DNA from: Candidatus Limnocylindrales bacterium
Lineage (GTDB): Bacteria; Chloroflexota; Limnocylindria; Limnocylindrales; CSP1-4
Reading direction: 5' to 3'
Assembly: GCA_035458865.1 (NCBI GenBank)
Contig: DATHYZ010000020.1
Location: forward strand, 1 to 54,459
DNA: 54,459 nucleotides
The position numbers and the translations under genes are program-made. Below are positions 1 through 9,989 of the stretch, in pieces. Position 1 is the stretch's first letter. Each line of letters begins with the position of its first letter. The notes beneath the pieces were generated by a model that had not been told where the DNA came from, searched no databases, and saw nothing but the letters and a program-made list of their open reading frames with translations.

Positions 1-774
1 GAGGCGGTTCGCCCACGGATGGCCCGGGCCGTCCACCGGCAGCACCATCACCCACTTGCCCGACAGGGTCGAGGTCAGCCAGCGGGCGGAGCTCGAGCTC
101 GTCCCGCGCGCGACGAACTGCCGCCCCACGGCCTGGATCGACTGCAGCGTCCCCGGCCTGGGGCTCGGGCCCCATGCCGCCGAACCGTGGGGATGGAGCG
201 GGTCGAGGATGAAGGCGCCGGTGACGGTGAACGCGTCCGTGCGCATGGGATCGGCGGTGGCCTGGAACCCGCTCATCACCCAGGCATGCCGGCCGCGCCA
301 GACCAGCAGCCCCACCGGCCGACCGGTCGCGGCGATCGCGCGGGCCGCCATCCGCATCGCCTCGTCGAGCGAGGAGGCGCCGGCGAGCCGGTACGGTCCA
401 TAGCCGAGGTGATTCAGCCCGGCGGTCCAGCCACGGACGGACGCCCCCTGGCGCTCCCGCCCGGTGCGGCTCGGCCCGGACAGCATGCGGGCGAGCCGCT
501 GCAGCTCGAGCTGTCGGGCTGCCGTCCGGTCGTCGCGTGGCGAGATCATGTTCGCCATCATCTGCATGCTGGCTCCGACGCACTGGACGAAGTTGGTCTG
601 GGCCACGTAGTCGCCGCTTCGAGCCACGTCGAGCGTGTAGCGATCGGCCGCGAGCGCGTCGGCCGGCGCCAGGATCGCACCGGCGCCGAGGATGAGGGCG
701 AGCACGGCAGCGACGACCGCGAGCCGGGACGGAGCGCCGGCGACGGGACGGCTGGGGACGGGTCGGTCGATCAT
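1..774 (-). CDS. Secreted protein, partial (C-terminus lies beyond the left window edge); possible papain-like/C39-like cysteine peptidase fold
   Basis: Not in the ORF track because it runs off the edge. Reverse-strand ATG at 774 opens MIDRPVPSRPVAGAPSRLAVVAAVLALILGAGAILAPADA (signal-peptide-like). It stays open to position 1 (258 codons) with GC-rich third positions. Motifs QTNFVQCVGASMQMM and GRHAWVMSGF resemble the Gln/Cys and His regions of C39-like peptidases. Confidence 0.6.
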   Translation of the reverse strand, partial: MIDRPVPSRPVAGAPSRLAVVAAVLALILGAGAILAPADALAADRYTLDVARSGDYVAQTNFVQCVGASMQMMANMISPRDDRTAARQLELQRLARMLSGPSRTGRERQGASVRGWTAGLNHLGYGPYRLAGASSLDEAMRMAARAIAATGRPVGLLVWRGRHAWVMSGFQATADPMRTDAFTVTGAFILDPLHPHGSAAWGPSPRPGTLQSIQAVGRQFVARGTSSSSARWLTSTLSGKWVMVLPVDGPGHPWANRL

Positions 775-868
775 CGGTCGGGCCTGAGGGGCCGAGTCTG
801 TCTCAGCCCCATTGCACCGTCAACCGTCGACGGGGCCGTCGGTGCCCCCCGACCGCCTGCGGTCATCC

Positions 869-1633
869 TCAGTTCCTCGCCCCGGTCCCGACGACGGGAT
901 CGGGGCGGACGACGCGGAGGCCGTTGTCGAGGTAGATGGTCTCGCGGGCGAGCAGGTCGGCGAGCGCCTCGAGTCGGGCGACCGCGGTCGGGGCCTCGAG
1001 GAGGGCCTGGCGGTGGACCGGGTCGACCTCGACGATCCCGGCGAGGAGGTGCGAGAGCAGGAGCGGGTCGGCCGGCATCGCCAGGCCGGACCGATCGGCG
1101 ACCTCGCCCGGGCGTCGGTCTGCATCGGACCCGAGCGCGTCAGGCTCGGACCGTTCGACGAGTCCCTGCCGGCGGGCGGATGGCGCGGCACCGGCCGGAT
1201 CGGCCTCGTCGAGCAGCTCGCGAACGGCATCGACGTAGCGGACGAAGCGACGGGTCACCAGGCGGACGAGCGAGGTCGCCCGCTCCTGGTCGCCGATCAC
1301 CTCGTCGAGCGGCTCGACCGTGGCGGTGAGATACGGCTCGCTGACCGTGTCCACGGTCCGGATCCGGAAGCGCCCCGTCCCGACGGTGACGATGTCGTAG
1401 CGTCCATCCGCGTAGCGGTCGGCCTCGCGGATCTCGGCCAGCGTCCCGACGGCGGCCACCGCCAGGTCGGCGACCCCGACGTCGCGACCATCGCGGATCC
1501 AGACGACCCCGAACGGCCGGTCCTCGGCCAGGCACCGGCGGATCATCAGCCGGTAGCGCGGCTCGAAGATGTGGAGCGGCAGCGCGACGCCCGGGCAGAG
1601 GACCGCGTGGAGGGGGAAGAGCGGGATCTCCAT
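869..1633 (-). CDS. LON N-terminal (substrate-binding) domain protein
   Basis: Internal ATG of track ORF 869..1852. N-terminus MEIPLFPLHAVLCPGVALPLHIFEPRYRLMI is the classic LON substrate-binding domain signature. The upstream part of the track ORF is Arg/Pro-rich junk. Confidence 0.8.
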   Translation of the reverse strand: MEIPLFPLHAVLCPGVALPLHIFEPRYRLMIRRCLAEDRPFGVVWIRDGRDVGVADLAVAAVGTLAEIREADRYADGRYDIVTVGTGRFRIRTVDTVSEPYLTATVEPLDEVIGDQERATSLVRLVTRRFVRYVDAVRELLDEADPAGAAPSARRQGLVERSEPDALGSDADRRPGEVADRSGLAMPADPLLLSHLLAGIVEVDPVHRQALLEAPTAVARLEALADLLARETIYLDNGLRVVRPDPVVGTGARN

Positions 1634-1772
1634 CGGCGCTAGTACGTTCGAGGCGGGACGCGGGATGTGCCGACCGGGACCGGGCGGGGTCCCGAAGACG
1701 GTCGTGCCGCCGGCTGCGCCGACGGCACGGTCATCGCGACGGGGCCGGCGCGTGCCGGCGAGTCCCGGCGCC

Positions 1773-2153
1773 CTAGTGCGCGCAGCTCCGCGGCGAGCCC
1801 GCCTCGTCGGCGGTCCGGAAGCTGGAGCCGCAGCCGCAGGCCGCGACGGCATTCGGGTTGTTGACGGTGAAGCCGGCCCCCATGAGCGTGTCGACGTAGT
1901 CGATCTCCGAGCCGGTCAGGTACTGGATGCTGTTCTGGTCCACGTACACCCGGATGCCGTTCGCGTGGAGGACCTGGTCGTCCGCGGTCGGAGCGTCGTC
2001 GAGCATCATCCCGTAGCGGTAGCCGCTGCAGCCGCCGCTGTAGACGTAGACCCGCAGGCCGACATCGGGATTCGTCTCTTCCTTCGTCAGGTCGCGAAGC
2101 TTCGCAGCCGCGGCGTCGGTGAGGCTGACCACGGTGGTCTGCGGGTCGATCAT
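1773..2153 (-). CDS. HesB/IscA-family A-type iron-sulfur cluster carrier
   Basis: Internal ATG (MIDPQTTVVSLTDAAAAKL). Has the GGCSGYRYGMMLD motif and the C-terminal CGCGSSF cysteine motif typical of IscA/ErpA proteins. Confidence 0.85.
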   Translation of the reverse strand: MIDPQTTVVSLTDAAAAKLRDLTKEETNPDVGLRVYVYSGGCSGYRYGMMLDDAPTADDQVLHANGIRVYVDQNSIQYLTGSEIDYVDTLMGAGFTVNNPNAVAACGCGSSFRTADEAGSPRSCAH

Positions 2154-2236
2154 GCGGGCTCGTCCTCCTTCGGACGGGGGTGCAACGAGCGCCGGTATGG
2201 GGCGCGTGGACGGTCGGGGCTCGGACCGACCGGGCC

Positions 2237-2265
2237 ATCGTACGCAGCGCAACCGATTCCGACAA
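2237..2265 (-). promoter_or_regulatory. Candidate housekeeping-type promoter for the A-type carrier gene
   Basis: On the minus strand: TTGTCG, then 17 nt, then TACGAT, about 80 nt upstream of the ATG at 2153. Pattern match only. Confidence 0.25.
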
Positions 2266-2345
2266 GCGCCCCCCAAGGACGACGGCCCGCCGACCTGCAG
2301 GGCCGGGACGCCGTGGAGGGGTCCGGGTGGCCGCCTCCGGCCGAG

Positions 2346-3575
<1,230 letters not shown>

Positions 3576-3600
3576 CGGCTCCTCCTGGGCGGCGCAGACC

Positions 3601-4161
3601 CTAGCCGATCCCCTCGAGGGCCGAGGCGGCGAGGTCCGCGTCCGGTGACTGGACGACGTACATCGTGTCCGGGCGCAGGATCGAGATGTAGACGTAGACC
3701 GTTCCCGCCGCGAGCGAGGCGTCGTCCACCTGGACCACCGGCTTGCCGCCGACGTTGGTGTTGGTGACGGTCGGGTCCGGCAGGCCCGCGGCCCACGCGG
3801 TGACGGTCAGGCTGAGCTGTCCCTGGGTCCCGGCGAGGCGGAGCGCCACGATGCGCAGCTCCGTCGTGCCGTCGGCCGGGACCGCCTCCGCCAGCTGGGC
3901 GTCGGAGGGCAGCAGGTCGGCGTTGTTCAGGCGGGCGATCAGGTCGGCGTAGGCCGGGTCGTCCTCGACGTCGGCGGCGGAGACGCTGCGCTTGTCCATG
4001 GCGACGCCATCGACGTCGTCGGGCAGCGTGCCGGCGAGATCCGACGAGGTCGGGGGCTCGCTGGCCGGGGCCGGGGACGAGCTCGAGCCGCAGGCGGCCA
4101 CGGCCAGGACCATGACGACGAGCGCGACGAGGAGGGTCGAGAGCGAGCGGATCCGGGCCAC
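3601..4161 (-). CDS. Lipoprotein, function unknown
   Basis: GTG at 4161 preceded by GAGG. N-terminus [28 protein letters not shown] has a lipobox (L-A-V-A-A-C). The rest of track ORF 3601..4749 upstream is low-complexity. The start is uncertain. Confidence 0.65.
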   Translation of the reverse strand: MARIRSLSTLLVALVVMVLAVAACGSSSSPAPASEPPTSSDLAGTLPDDVDGVAMDKRSVSAADVEDDPAYADLIARLNNADLLPSDAQLAEAVPADGTTELRIVALRLAGTQGQLSLTVTAWAAGLPDPTVTNTNVGGKPVVQVDDASLAAGTVYVYISILRPDTMYVVQSPDADLAASALEGIG

Positions 4162-4285
4162 GGGCTGGAACCTCGGTACGAGGGGGTGCGGCGGCGATGG
4201 TAGCCCATCCGCGTCGGGTGAACGGAGGTCCGGGCGTCGGCCGGGACCATCGGCCTCCGATGGGCGGTAATCCGCGGGCGGGTCC

Positions 4286-5740
4286 GTGCGTTCCGTGATC
4301 GACGGCATCATGCGCCGGCCATCGCCGGCACCCACCGGGAGCAGCAGGATGGATCGAGAACGCGGACACCACGAAGGGTCGAGCTCGGACGCCACGCCGA
4401 CCGGCGGCCTCGTGCGGATCGGCTCGTCGGCACGGCTAGCGCTGCCGGCTGCGCTCGGCGCCGCCCTTCTGATCGGCGCGGTCGCCCTGGGCGCGACCGT
4501 CCTCGGATCGGCGACCGATGACAAGCCGCTGTCGCCACGCGCCGGCGACACGGCGGCGACCGGCGGCGGTGCCGTCGACGGCAGCGATCTCGGCGGCGGT
4601 GGACGCAGCTGGCCAGCGAAGCCCGCGCTGGAGGTGCCGGCCGGCGAGCCGAAGGACGACTCCGAGGCGAGCCCGAAGCCCGGGGAGCCGGACCCCGCGC
4701 CGACCAAGGAGGTCGGGGCGCTGAAGATGGAGCTCGTCCTGGGCGACAAGGGCGTCGTCGTCGAGTGGTCGGCCTGCGACCGCGACGGCCTGGACGTCTA
4801 CAAGGTCATCCGCTCGACCGACGCCTACGCGACGTGGCCGCTCGGCAAGGGCGACTCCCTGGCCGGCGCACCCCTGCCGCCGCCCACGCGGTTCGTCGAC
4901 GGCGGGGCGACGGGTGGCACGTTCGCCTACCGGGTCCTCGGCCTGGGCGAGGTGGACGGCGCCTTCCAGCTGCTCTGCTCCAGCGAAACCCTCGCCATCG
5001 AGGTTCCGAAGCCCACCCCCGAGCCGACCCCCAAGCCGACCGCCGAGCCGACCGCCAAGCCGACCGCCAAGCCGACCCCCAAGCCGACCGAGGAGCCGGC
5101 GGCGACCACCCTGGAGCTGGCCCTGGCGCTCCGCGACGGACGCGTCCTGATCGACTGGTCGGCGTATCGCGGCGACGGGTTCGCCTACTACAAGGTGGTC
5201 CGCTCCATGGACAAGGCGGTCGGCTGGCCGATGGGCGAGGACGATCGCCTGGTGACCGCGATCGGCGATCAGGAGCAGTCCCTGGCCAAGGACGTCGACG
5301 TCGCAGCAGGGGCCTCGTACTGGTACCGCGTCTTCGCGGTCGCCAAGAGCGGCGACGGCTACCGCGTCCTCGCGGCGAGCCCCGCCAAGGGGATCACGCT
5401 GCCAGCTGCCGAGCCCAAGCCGACGCCAGAGCCTGCGGTGATGGCGATCGAGGCCGAGGTGACCGGCGAGGGCGTCGTGCTCCACTGGGAGGCCTGCGGC
5501 GGAGAGGGGTTCCGCTACACGAAGGTCGTCCGCTCGATGAGCTCCGGCCCGTCGTACCTGCCCTGGAAGGAGGGCACGCAGGTCATCGGCGTGCTCGAGG
5601 ACCCGGGCGTGACGAGCTTCGTCGACCATGACGTCGCCTCGGGCCAGACCTGGTGGTACCGGGTCCAGTCGATCGGCGTCATCGATGGCGTGAAGGTGCT
5701 GCTCGGCCAGACGCCAGCCATCCAGGTGGTCATCCCCTAG
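4286..5740 (+). CDS. Membrane-anchored surface protein with three FN3-like repeats separated by Pro/Thr/Lys linkers
   Basis: One N-terminal TM/signal anchor (LALPAALGAALLIGAVALGATVL). Three ~95-aa repeats share the pattern WSAxxGxGFxxYKVVRS ... WYRV. Alternative starts at 4310 or 4349 are possible. Confidence 0.75.
   Translation: MRSVIDGIMRRPSPAPTGSSRMDRERGHHEGSSSDATPTGGLVRIGSSARLALPAALGAALLIGAVALGATVLGSATDDKPLSPRAGDTAATGGGAVDGSDLGGGGRSWPAKPALEVPAGEPKDDSEASPKPGEPDPAPTKEVGALKMELVLGDKGVVVEWSACDRDGLDVYKVIRSTDAYATWPLGKGDSLAGAPLPPPTRFVDGGATGGTFAYRVLGLGEVDGAFQLLCSSETLAIEVPKPTPEPTPKPTAEPTAKPTAKPTPKPTEEPAATTLELALALRDGRVLIDWSAYRGDGFAYYKVVRSMDKAVGWPMGEDDRLVTAIGDQEQSLAKDVDVAAGASYWYRVFAVAKSGDGYRVLAASPAKGITLPAAEPKPTPEPAVMAIEAEVTGEGVVLHWEACGGEGFRYTKVVRSMSSGPSYLPWKEGTQVIGVLEDPGVTSFVDHDVASGQTWWYRVQSIGVIDGVKVLLGQTPAIQVVIP
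5006..5097 (+). repeat. Coding low-complexity tandem repeat (KPT[AP]EPT linker)
   Basis: Reiterated aagccgaccgcc-type 12-nt units encoding PKPTPEPTPKPTAEPTAKPTAKPTPKPTEEP, inside CDS 4286..5740. Confidence 0.6.
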
Positions 5741-5798
5741 GCCATGGTGCGACCGTGGGGACCTCTGTCGAGCCGACGGGCAGCGGGCGGAGCACGGT

Positions 5799-5819
5799 GG
5801 GACGACGACCGGTCGTCCC
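5799..5819 (+). terminator. Candidate stem-loop downstream of the FN3-repeat gene
   Basis: gggacgac-gaccg-gtcgtccc: an 8-bp perfect stem about 60 nt after the stop at 5740. No U-tract, which is common in high-GC genomes. Confidence 0.35.
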
Positions 5820-5882
5820 GCTCGGCCCGGTACCCCCGTCCGATGGACGGTCCCCGCGGTCCCGCCTAGCGTCGATCCTCCG

Positions 5883-6470
5883 ATGGTCGTCCCCTCGAGC
5901 GGCAGCCGGATGGATCCCGAGCGGGAGCGAGCCCTGGTGGCCCGCTCCCGCTCCGACGCGTCGGCCTTCGCCGAGCTCTACGACTGGTACCTCCCGCGGA
6001 TCCATGGCTTCGTCGCCCGACGGACCGGCGACCACGCCACGGCGGAGGACGTGACCGCGATGACCTTCGAGCGAGCCCTCGGGGCCGTCCGATCCGAGCG
6101 CTTCCGCAACGAGGCCTTCGGACCCTGGCTCTACCGGGTCGCCGCCAACGCCCTGGTGGACCACGTCCGGCGGAGCCGACGCACGGTCCCGCTCCTTGCC
6201 GATGCCCCAGGCGAGGAGGCGGCCCCGGGGGACGAGCGGGCGCTGGCCGCGTTCGCGGCTGCCGTGGATCGCGACGCCGTCCGCCTGGCCCTCGCCGAGC
6301 TCGCCGAAGGGCACCGCCGCGTGCTCGTGCTCCGCTTCCTCGACGATCTCGATCCCGACGAGGCGGCGGCCGTCCTCGGCTGCTCCCGGAGCACCTTCGC
6401 CGTTCGCCTCCACCGTGCGCTGCGAGCCCTCCGCGGCGCCCTCGAGAAGGGAGCCACCGATGCGGCCTGA
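5883..6470 (+). CDS. ECF-type RNA polymerase sigma-70 factor
   Basis: Region 2 (FAELYDWYLPRIHGFVARRTGDHATAEDVTAMTFERA; LYRVAANALVDH) and region 4 (HRRVLVLRFLDDLDPDEAAAVLGCSRSTFAVRLHRALRALR). The start could be the ATG at 5910. Confidence 0.85.
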   Translation: MVVPSSGSRMDPERERALVARSRSDASAFAELYDWYLPRIHGFVARRTGDHATAEDVTAMTFERALGAVRSERFRNEAFGPWLYRVAANALVDHVRRSRRTVPLLADAPGEEAAPGDERALAAFAAAVDRDAVRLALAELAEGHRRVLVLRFLDDLDPDEAAAVLGCSRSTFAVRLHRALRALRGALEKGATDAA

Positions 6471-8355
6471 CCTGCACGACGCGCTTCGCAGGCTGACCGC
6501 CCGGCTCGCCGGCCCCCGGCCGGCCGCGCCGATCGGACGCGAGCACCAGGACCGCGTGGTCCCGCTCGTCCCGCCGGGGGTCTGGACCGAGGACGACCGG
6601 CTGGCACGGCTCGCCGCCGAGCTCGAGTCGGCCGGACGGACGGCCCGCGCCGACACCGCGGCCGGACCCGATGTCGCCTTCGCCGCCGGGCTCCGGGCGC
6701 GCCTGCTCGACGAGCTCGCGGCGGATGGGGCGGTGGCCGCGGGCTCCGCAGCACCCTCCCTCACCGGATCCCGGGCCACGGTGGAGCCGATGCCGGGCAT
6801 CGGGCGACCCATCGTCTCGACGTCGTGGCGGGGCGGTCCCCTGCTGCCCTCCCGCCGGACCATCGGCGTCGGCCTGGCCGCCGTCCTCGTCGTCGGCCTG
6901 ATCGGGATCGCGACCACCCGGCCGTCGGCCGACGCACCGACCGCCTCGGTCGTGGCCGCCACGGCTGCCTACCTCGAGCGGGACGGCACGGAGGCCACCC
7001 TCGCCGAGGGCGGCGACCTCCGCGCCGGCGACGTGGTCCGGGTCGGCCCGGGCGGGACCGCGACCATCGCGATCGACCGGGGCGAGACGCGGCTGGCTGC
7101 GGGCGCCACGCTCGTCGTGCGGGCCCTGGAGCCGTCACTCGTCGATCTCGAGCAGCTCACCGGGCGGGTGTGGCACCGCGTCGCCGTGCCGGGCGGCGCG
7201 ACGTACCGGGTCACGACGGCCGCCACGGCGTGGTCGGCCCTCGGGACGGCCTTCGACCTGGCCGTGGATGCGGAGGCCATCACCGGCGTCGGCATCGAGG
7301 GGTCCGTCCGGGTCGGCGGACCGGACCTGGCGACCACCCTGGGGGCCGGGCGAACGATCCGCCTCGACCGCCGGAGCGACGGCTGGAGCACCGCCGCCGC
7401 GACGTCGGATCAGCTGCTCGATCCGTGGGTCCGCTCGAACGGGACCCGTGACCTGGCCCTGGGCTTCGACATCGGCATCCTGACCGCCCTCGAGCCGAGC
7501 CCGTCCACGAGGCCCGAGCCGACCGTCGCGACCGAGCCGACGCCGACCGAGCCGGCCCCGACCTCGCCGGCGCCGGAGCCATCGAACGCCAGCGCGTCGC
7601 CGTCGCCCGCCCCGGCCGCGAAGCCCAGCCCCGTCGTGACCCCGAAGCCGAGCCCGACCCCGACCCTGAAGCCGAGCCCGAGCCCGACCCTGAAGCCGAC
7701 GCCCGAGCCGACGCCCACGCCCGACCGGACCCTCGGCGAGCTGGCCCTTGCCTTGACCGCCTGCCCGGGCGGCACCGTCCTCGACTGGTCGGCGTTCGGC
7801 GGCGAGGGCTTCCACCACTACGCGGTGGTCCGCGGCAGCTCGAGCTTCGTGGCGCCCGAGGCGTACCCGCCGCCGGCGCCGCTGGTCACCGTCGACGGGA
7901 CGTTCACCAAGGACCGCACGGTCACCGAGGCGGTGGACAGCGGGGTCGCGCCCGGCGCCACGGCCTGGTACCGGGCACTGGCGTTCTCGATCGACGATCG
8001 CGTCATCGCCGCCAGCCCCGCACAGAGCGCGACGGCGAAGCCGACCAAGTCGCTCGGCCCGCTCACCGCCGCGGCCCCCGGCGCCGGATCCGTCGAGCTC
8101 GGCTGGGTGCCCTTCGGCGGGTCGGCCGGCTGCTTCAGCTACTACAAGGTCGTGTGGTCGACCAGCACGGCAACACCGGACTACCTGGGCAGCCACGACG
8201 GCGCGCTGCCGCTCGCCGAGCAGGGCGCCGCCGGTGTCGCGCTCGACGGCCTCGCGAGCGGCGGCACCTGGTTCCGGGTCCAGGCCATCCGCGCCACGAC
8301 GCTCGGCAAGGTCGTGGTCGCCCAGACCGAGGTCGCCTTCGTCGAGGTCCCCTGA
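6460..8355 (+). CDS. Anti-sigma factor: N-terminal cytoplasmic segment, one TM helix, FecR-like domain, Pro/Thr linker, two FN3-like repeats
   Basis: The ATG at 6460 overlaps the end of the sigma gene (stop at 6468-6470). TM helix IGVGLAAVLVVGLIGIATT. FecR-like segment GDVVRVGPGGTATIAIDRGETRLAAGATLVV ... LGTAFDL. The C-terminal repeats carry the same WSAFGGEGFHHYAVVRGS / YYKVVWS ... WYRA/WFRV pattern as CDS 4286..5740. Confidence 0.8.
   Translation: MRPDLHDALRRLTARLAGPRPAAPIGREHQDRVVPLVPPGVWTEDDRLARLAAELESAGRTARADTAAGPDVAFAAGLRARLLDELAADGAVAAGSAAPSLTGSRATVEPMPGIGRPIVSTSWRGGPLLPSRRTIGVGLAAVLVVGLIGIATTRPSADAPTASVVAATAAYLERDGTEATLAEGGDLRAGDVVRVGPGGTATIAIDRGETRLAAGATLVVRALEPSLVDLEQLTGRVWHRVAVPGGATYRVTTAATAWSALGTAFDLAVDAEAITGVGIEGSVRVGGPDLATTLGAGRTIRLDRRSDGWSTAAATSDQLLDPWVRSNGTRDLALGFDIGILTALEPSPSTRPEPTVATEPTPTEPAPTSPAPEPSNASASPSPAPAAKPSPVVTPKPSPTPTLKPSPSPTLKPTPEPTPTPDRTLGELALALTACPGGTVLDWSAFGGEGFHHYAVVRGSSSFVAPEAYPPPAPLVTVDGTFTKDRTVTEAVDSGVAPGATAWYRALAFSIDDRVIAASPAQSATAKPTKSLGPLTAAAPGAGSVELGWVPFGGSAGCFSYYKVVWSTSTATPDYLGSHDGALPLAEQGAAGVALDGLASGGTWFRVQAIRATTLGKVVVAQTEVAFVEVP
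7492..7725 (+). repeat. Coding Pro/Thr/Ser-rich low-complexity linker
   Basis: Encodes EPSPSTRPEPTVATEPTPTEPAPTSPAPEPS...KPSPTPTLKPSPSPTLKPTPEPTPTP, with reiterated aagccgagcccgacc-type units. Confidence 0.6.
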
Positions 8356-8359
8356 CCGG

Positions 8360-8376
8360 CCGCCCGGCCCGGGCGG
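8360..8376. terminator. Candidate bidirectional stem-loop between convergent genes
   Basis: ccgcccgg-c-ccgggcgg inverted repeat, followed by a cccgggcggg direct repeat, in the 48-bp gap between the stops at 8355 (+) and 8404 (-). Confidence 0.3.
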
Positions 8377-8403
8377 GCCCGGGCGGGCTCGGCGGCTGCC
8401 GGG

Positions 8404-9150
8404 TCAGCCGGCGAAGGGCACCAGCTGCAGGCCGATCAGCTCGAACGCGCGCCGCTCGATCGGCTCGTCGGCGTCCCCGGCCTGCTCCAGGACGAACGAG
8501 GCGAACCGCTCCGCGAACTCCTCGTCGCCGGGGCGCAGCGCGGCCGCCACGAGCAGGTGCCGGTCGGGCAGCCCCACGAGCACGCGGCCGTCGCCGCCGA
8601 GCTCGGTGGCCAGGAAGGCGGTCGTCTCCGGGAGGATGATCCGGCTGGCGTCCCAGCCCTCGCCGGTCTGCGACGACAGGAGGCGATGGTCGGCGGATCG
8701 CTCGTCGGACCACGGGGCGCCGGCCGCCCAGCTGGCCAGGTTGGCGACGGCCGCGTCCTGGAGATCCTCGATCGCCACCCCCCACGAGAGCAGGTGGTCG
8801 GCGTTGACGAGGATGTCGAACCCTTCGGAGGCCAGGGCGTAGAGGACGGCCAGCCCGCCCGGCCCCTCGTCGACGAGGGGCTGCGCGTGCGTCTTGAGAC
8901 CCTCGGCTGCCATCGCCGCGGTGTCCAGCCCCACGATCGAGGTGCCCCCGGTGCCGGCCGGGCGCAGGAGCGGGAAGACCCGCCCGCGGGCGGCCTCCCA
9001 GTCGTGCTCGGGGGCATCGGCCAGGGACGCGGCGGCCGAGGGACCGGGACGGTGACCGCTCACCGGGGCGTCGGGGTCGATCGGGGTCAGCCGTTCGTCG
9101 ATCGGGGTCAGCGGTCCGGGGGCGGATCCGCGCTGCGGCTCGTCGTCCAC
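8404..9150 (-). CDS. Hypothetical protein
   Basis: 248 aa. GTG start preceded by GGGAGGG, with coding-like composition. Lies 23 nt downstream of the enoyl-CoA hydratase gene, so probably in the same operon. No family recognised with confidence. Confidence 0.65.
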   Translation of the reverse strand: MDDEPQRGSAPGPLTPIDERLTPIDPDAPVSGHRPGPSAAASLADAPEHDWEAARGRVFPLLRPAGTGGTSIVGLDTAAMAAEGLKTHAQPLVDEGPGGLAVLYALASEGFDILVNADHLLSWGVAIEDLQDAAVANLASWAAGAPWSDERSADHRLLSSQTGEGWDASRIILPETTAFLATELGGDGRVLVGLPDRHLLVAAALRPGDEEFAERFASFVLEQAGDADEPIERRAFELIGLQLVPFAG

Positions 9151-9173
9151 GTCGCCCTCCCGTCCCGGGCCGC

Positions 9174-9989
9174 TCAGCGGCCCTTCCAGCTCGGCGGCCG
9201 CTTCTCCGCGAACGCCGCCATGCCCTCGGCCTGGTCATCCGTCCCGAAGAGAGCCGCGAAACGGCGGCGCTCATCGGCGATCCCGTCGGCCAGCGAGCCC
9301 TCGTAGGCCGCAAGGACGGCTTGCTTGGCGGCCCGGACGGCCAGCGGGGCCTTGGTCGCGATCCGTCCGGCGAGCTCCAGGGCGACCTCGAGGGTCCGCT
9401 CGGCGGGGACCACCGTGGTCACCAGGCCGATCCGCTCGGCCTCCGCCGCGTCGAGACGGCGACCGGTGAGGATCAGCTCCATCGCCCTCGCCTTGCCCAC
9501 GGCGCGGACCAGCCGCTGGGTCCCCCCGGCGCCGGGGATGATCCCCAGGTCGATCTCGGGCTGCCCGAAGACGGCATCGTCGCCGGCCACGATCATGTCG
9601 CATGCCATCGCGAGCTCGCAGCCCCCGCCGAGCGCGTAGCCCCGGACCGCCGCCACGATCGGGAGGCCGATCCGGTCGATGCGGGCCCAGGCACCGAATC
9701 CATCGCCCTCGAGGATCGACAGCGGCGTCTGGGCCGCCAGCTCCTTGATGTCGGCGCCGGCCGCGAACGCCCGGGTGCCGCCGCCGGTGAGGACGACGCA
9801 ACGGACGGCCGGGTCGGCGTCGATGCGCTCGAGCACCGCCGCCAGCTGGGCGAGAAGCTCGAACGACAGGGCGTTGAAGGCCGCCGGCCGCTCGAAGGTC
9901 ACGAGGGCCACGCCGTCGACGGGCTCGTCGGGGCGCGACGGGTGCGGGGCCGGGACCTCGACGCGGACCAGCGGGTCGGATTCGCTCAC
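9174..9989 (-). CDS. Enoyl-CoA hydratase/isomerase (crotonase family)
   Basis: GTG at 9989 preceded by GAGGAGG. Motifs: VVLTGGGTRAFAAGADIKE, AAVRGYALGGGCELAMACD, GQPEIDLGIIPGAGGTQRL. The start overlaps the upstream stop (GTGA). Confidence 0.85.
   Translation of the reverse strand: MSESDPLVRVEVPAPHPSRPDEPVDGVALVTFERPAAFNALSFELLAQLAAVLERIDADPAVRCVVLTGGGTRAFAAGADIKELAAQTPLSILEGDGFGAWARIDRIGLPIVAAVRGYALGGGCELAMACDMIVAGDDAVFGQPEIDLGIIPGAGGTQRLVRAVGKARAMELILTGRRLDAAEAERIGLVTTVVPAERTLEVALELAGRIATKAPLAVRAAKQAVLAAYEGSLADGIADERRRFAALFGTDDQAEGMAAFAEKRPPSWKGR

Noticed and set aside
2255-2266. Third Rrf2 operator copy in the promoter of the A-type Fe-S carrier gene
   Set aside because: Only a single imperfect half-site (GTCGGAATC on the minus strand) is present, with no partner arm at the 7-nt spacing. 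This is probably chance.
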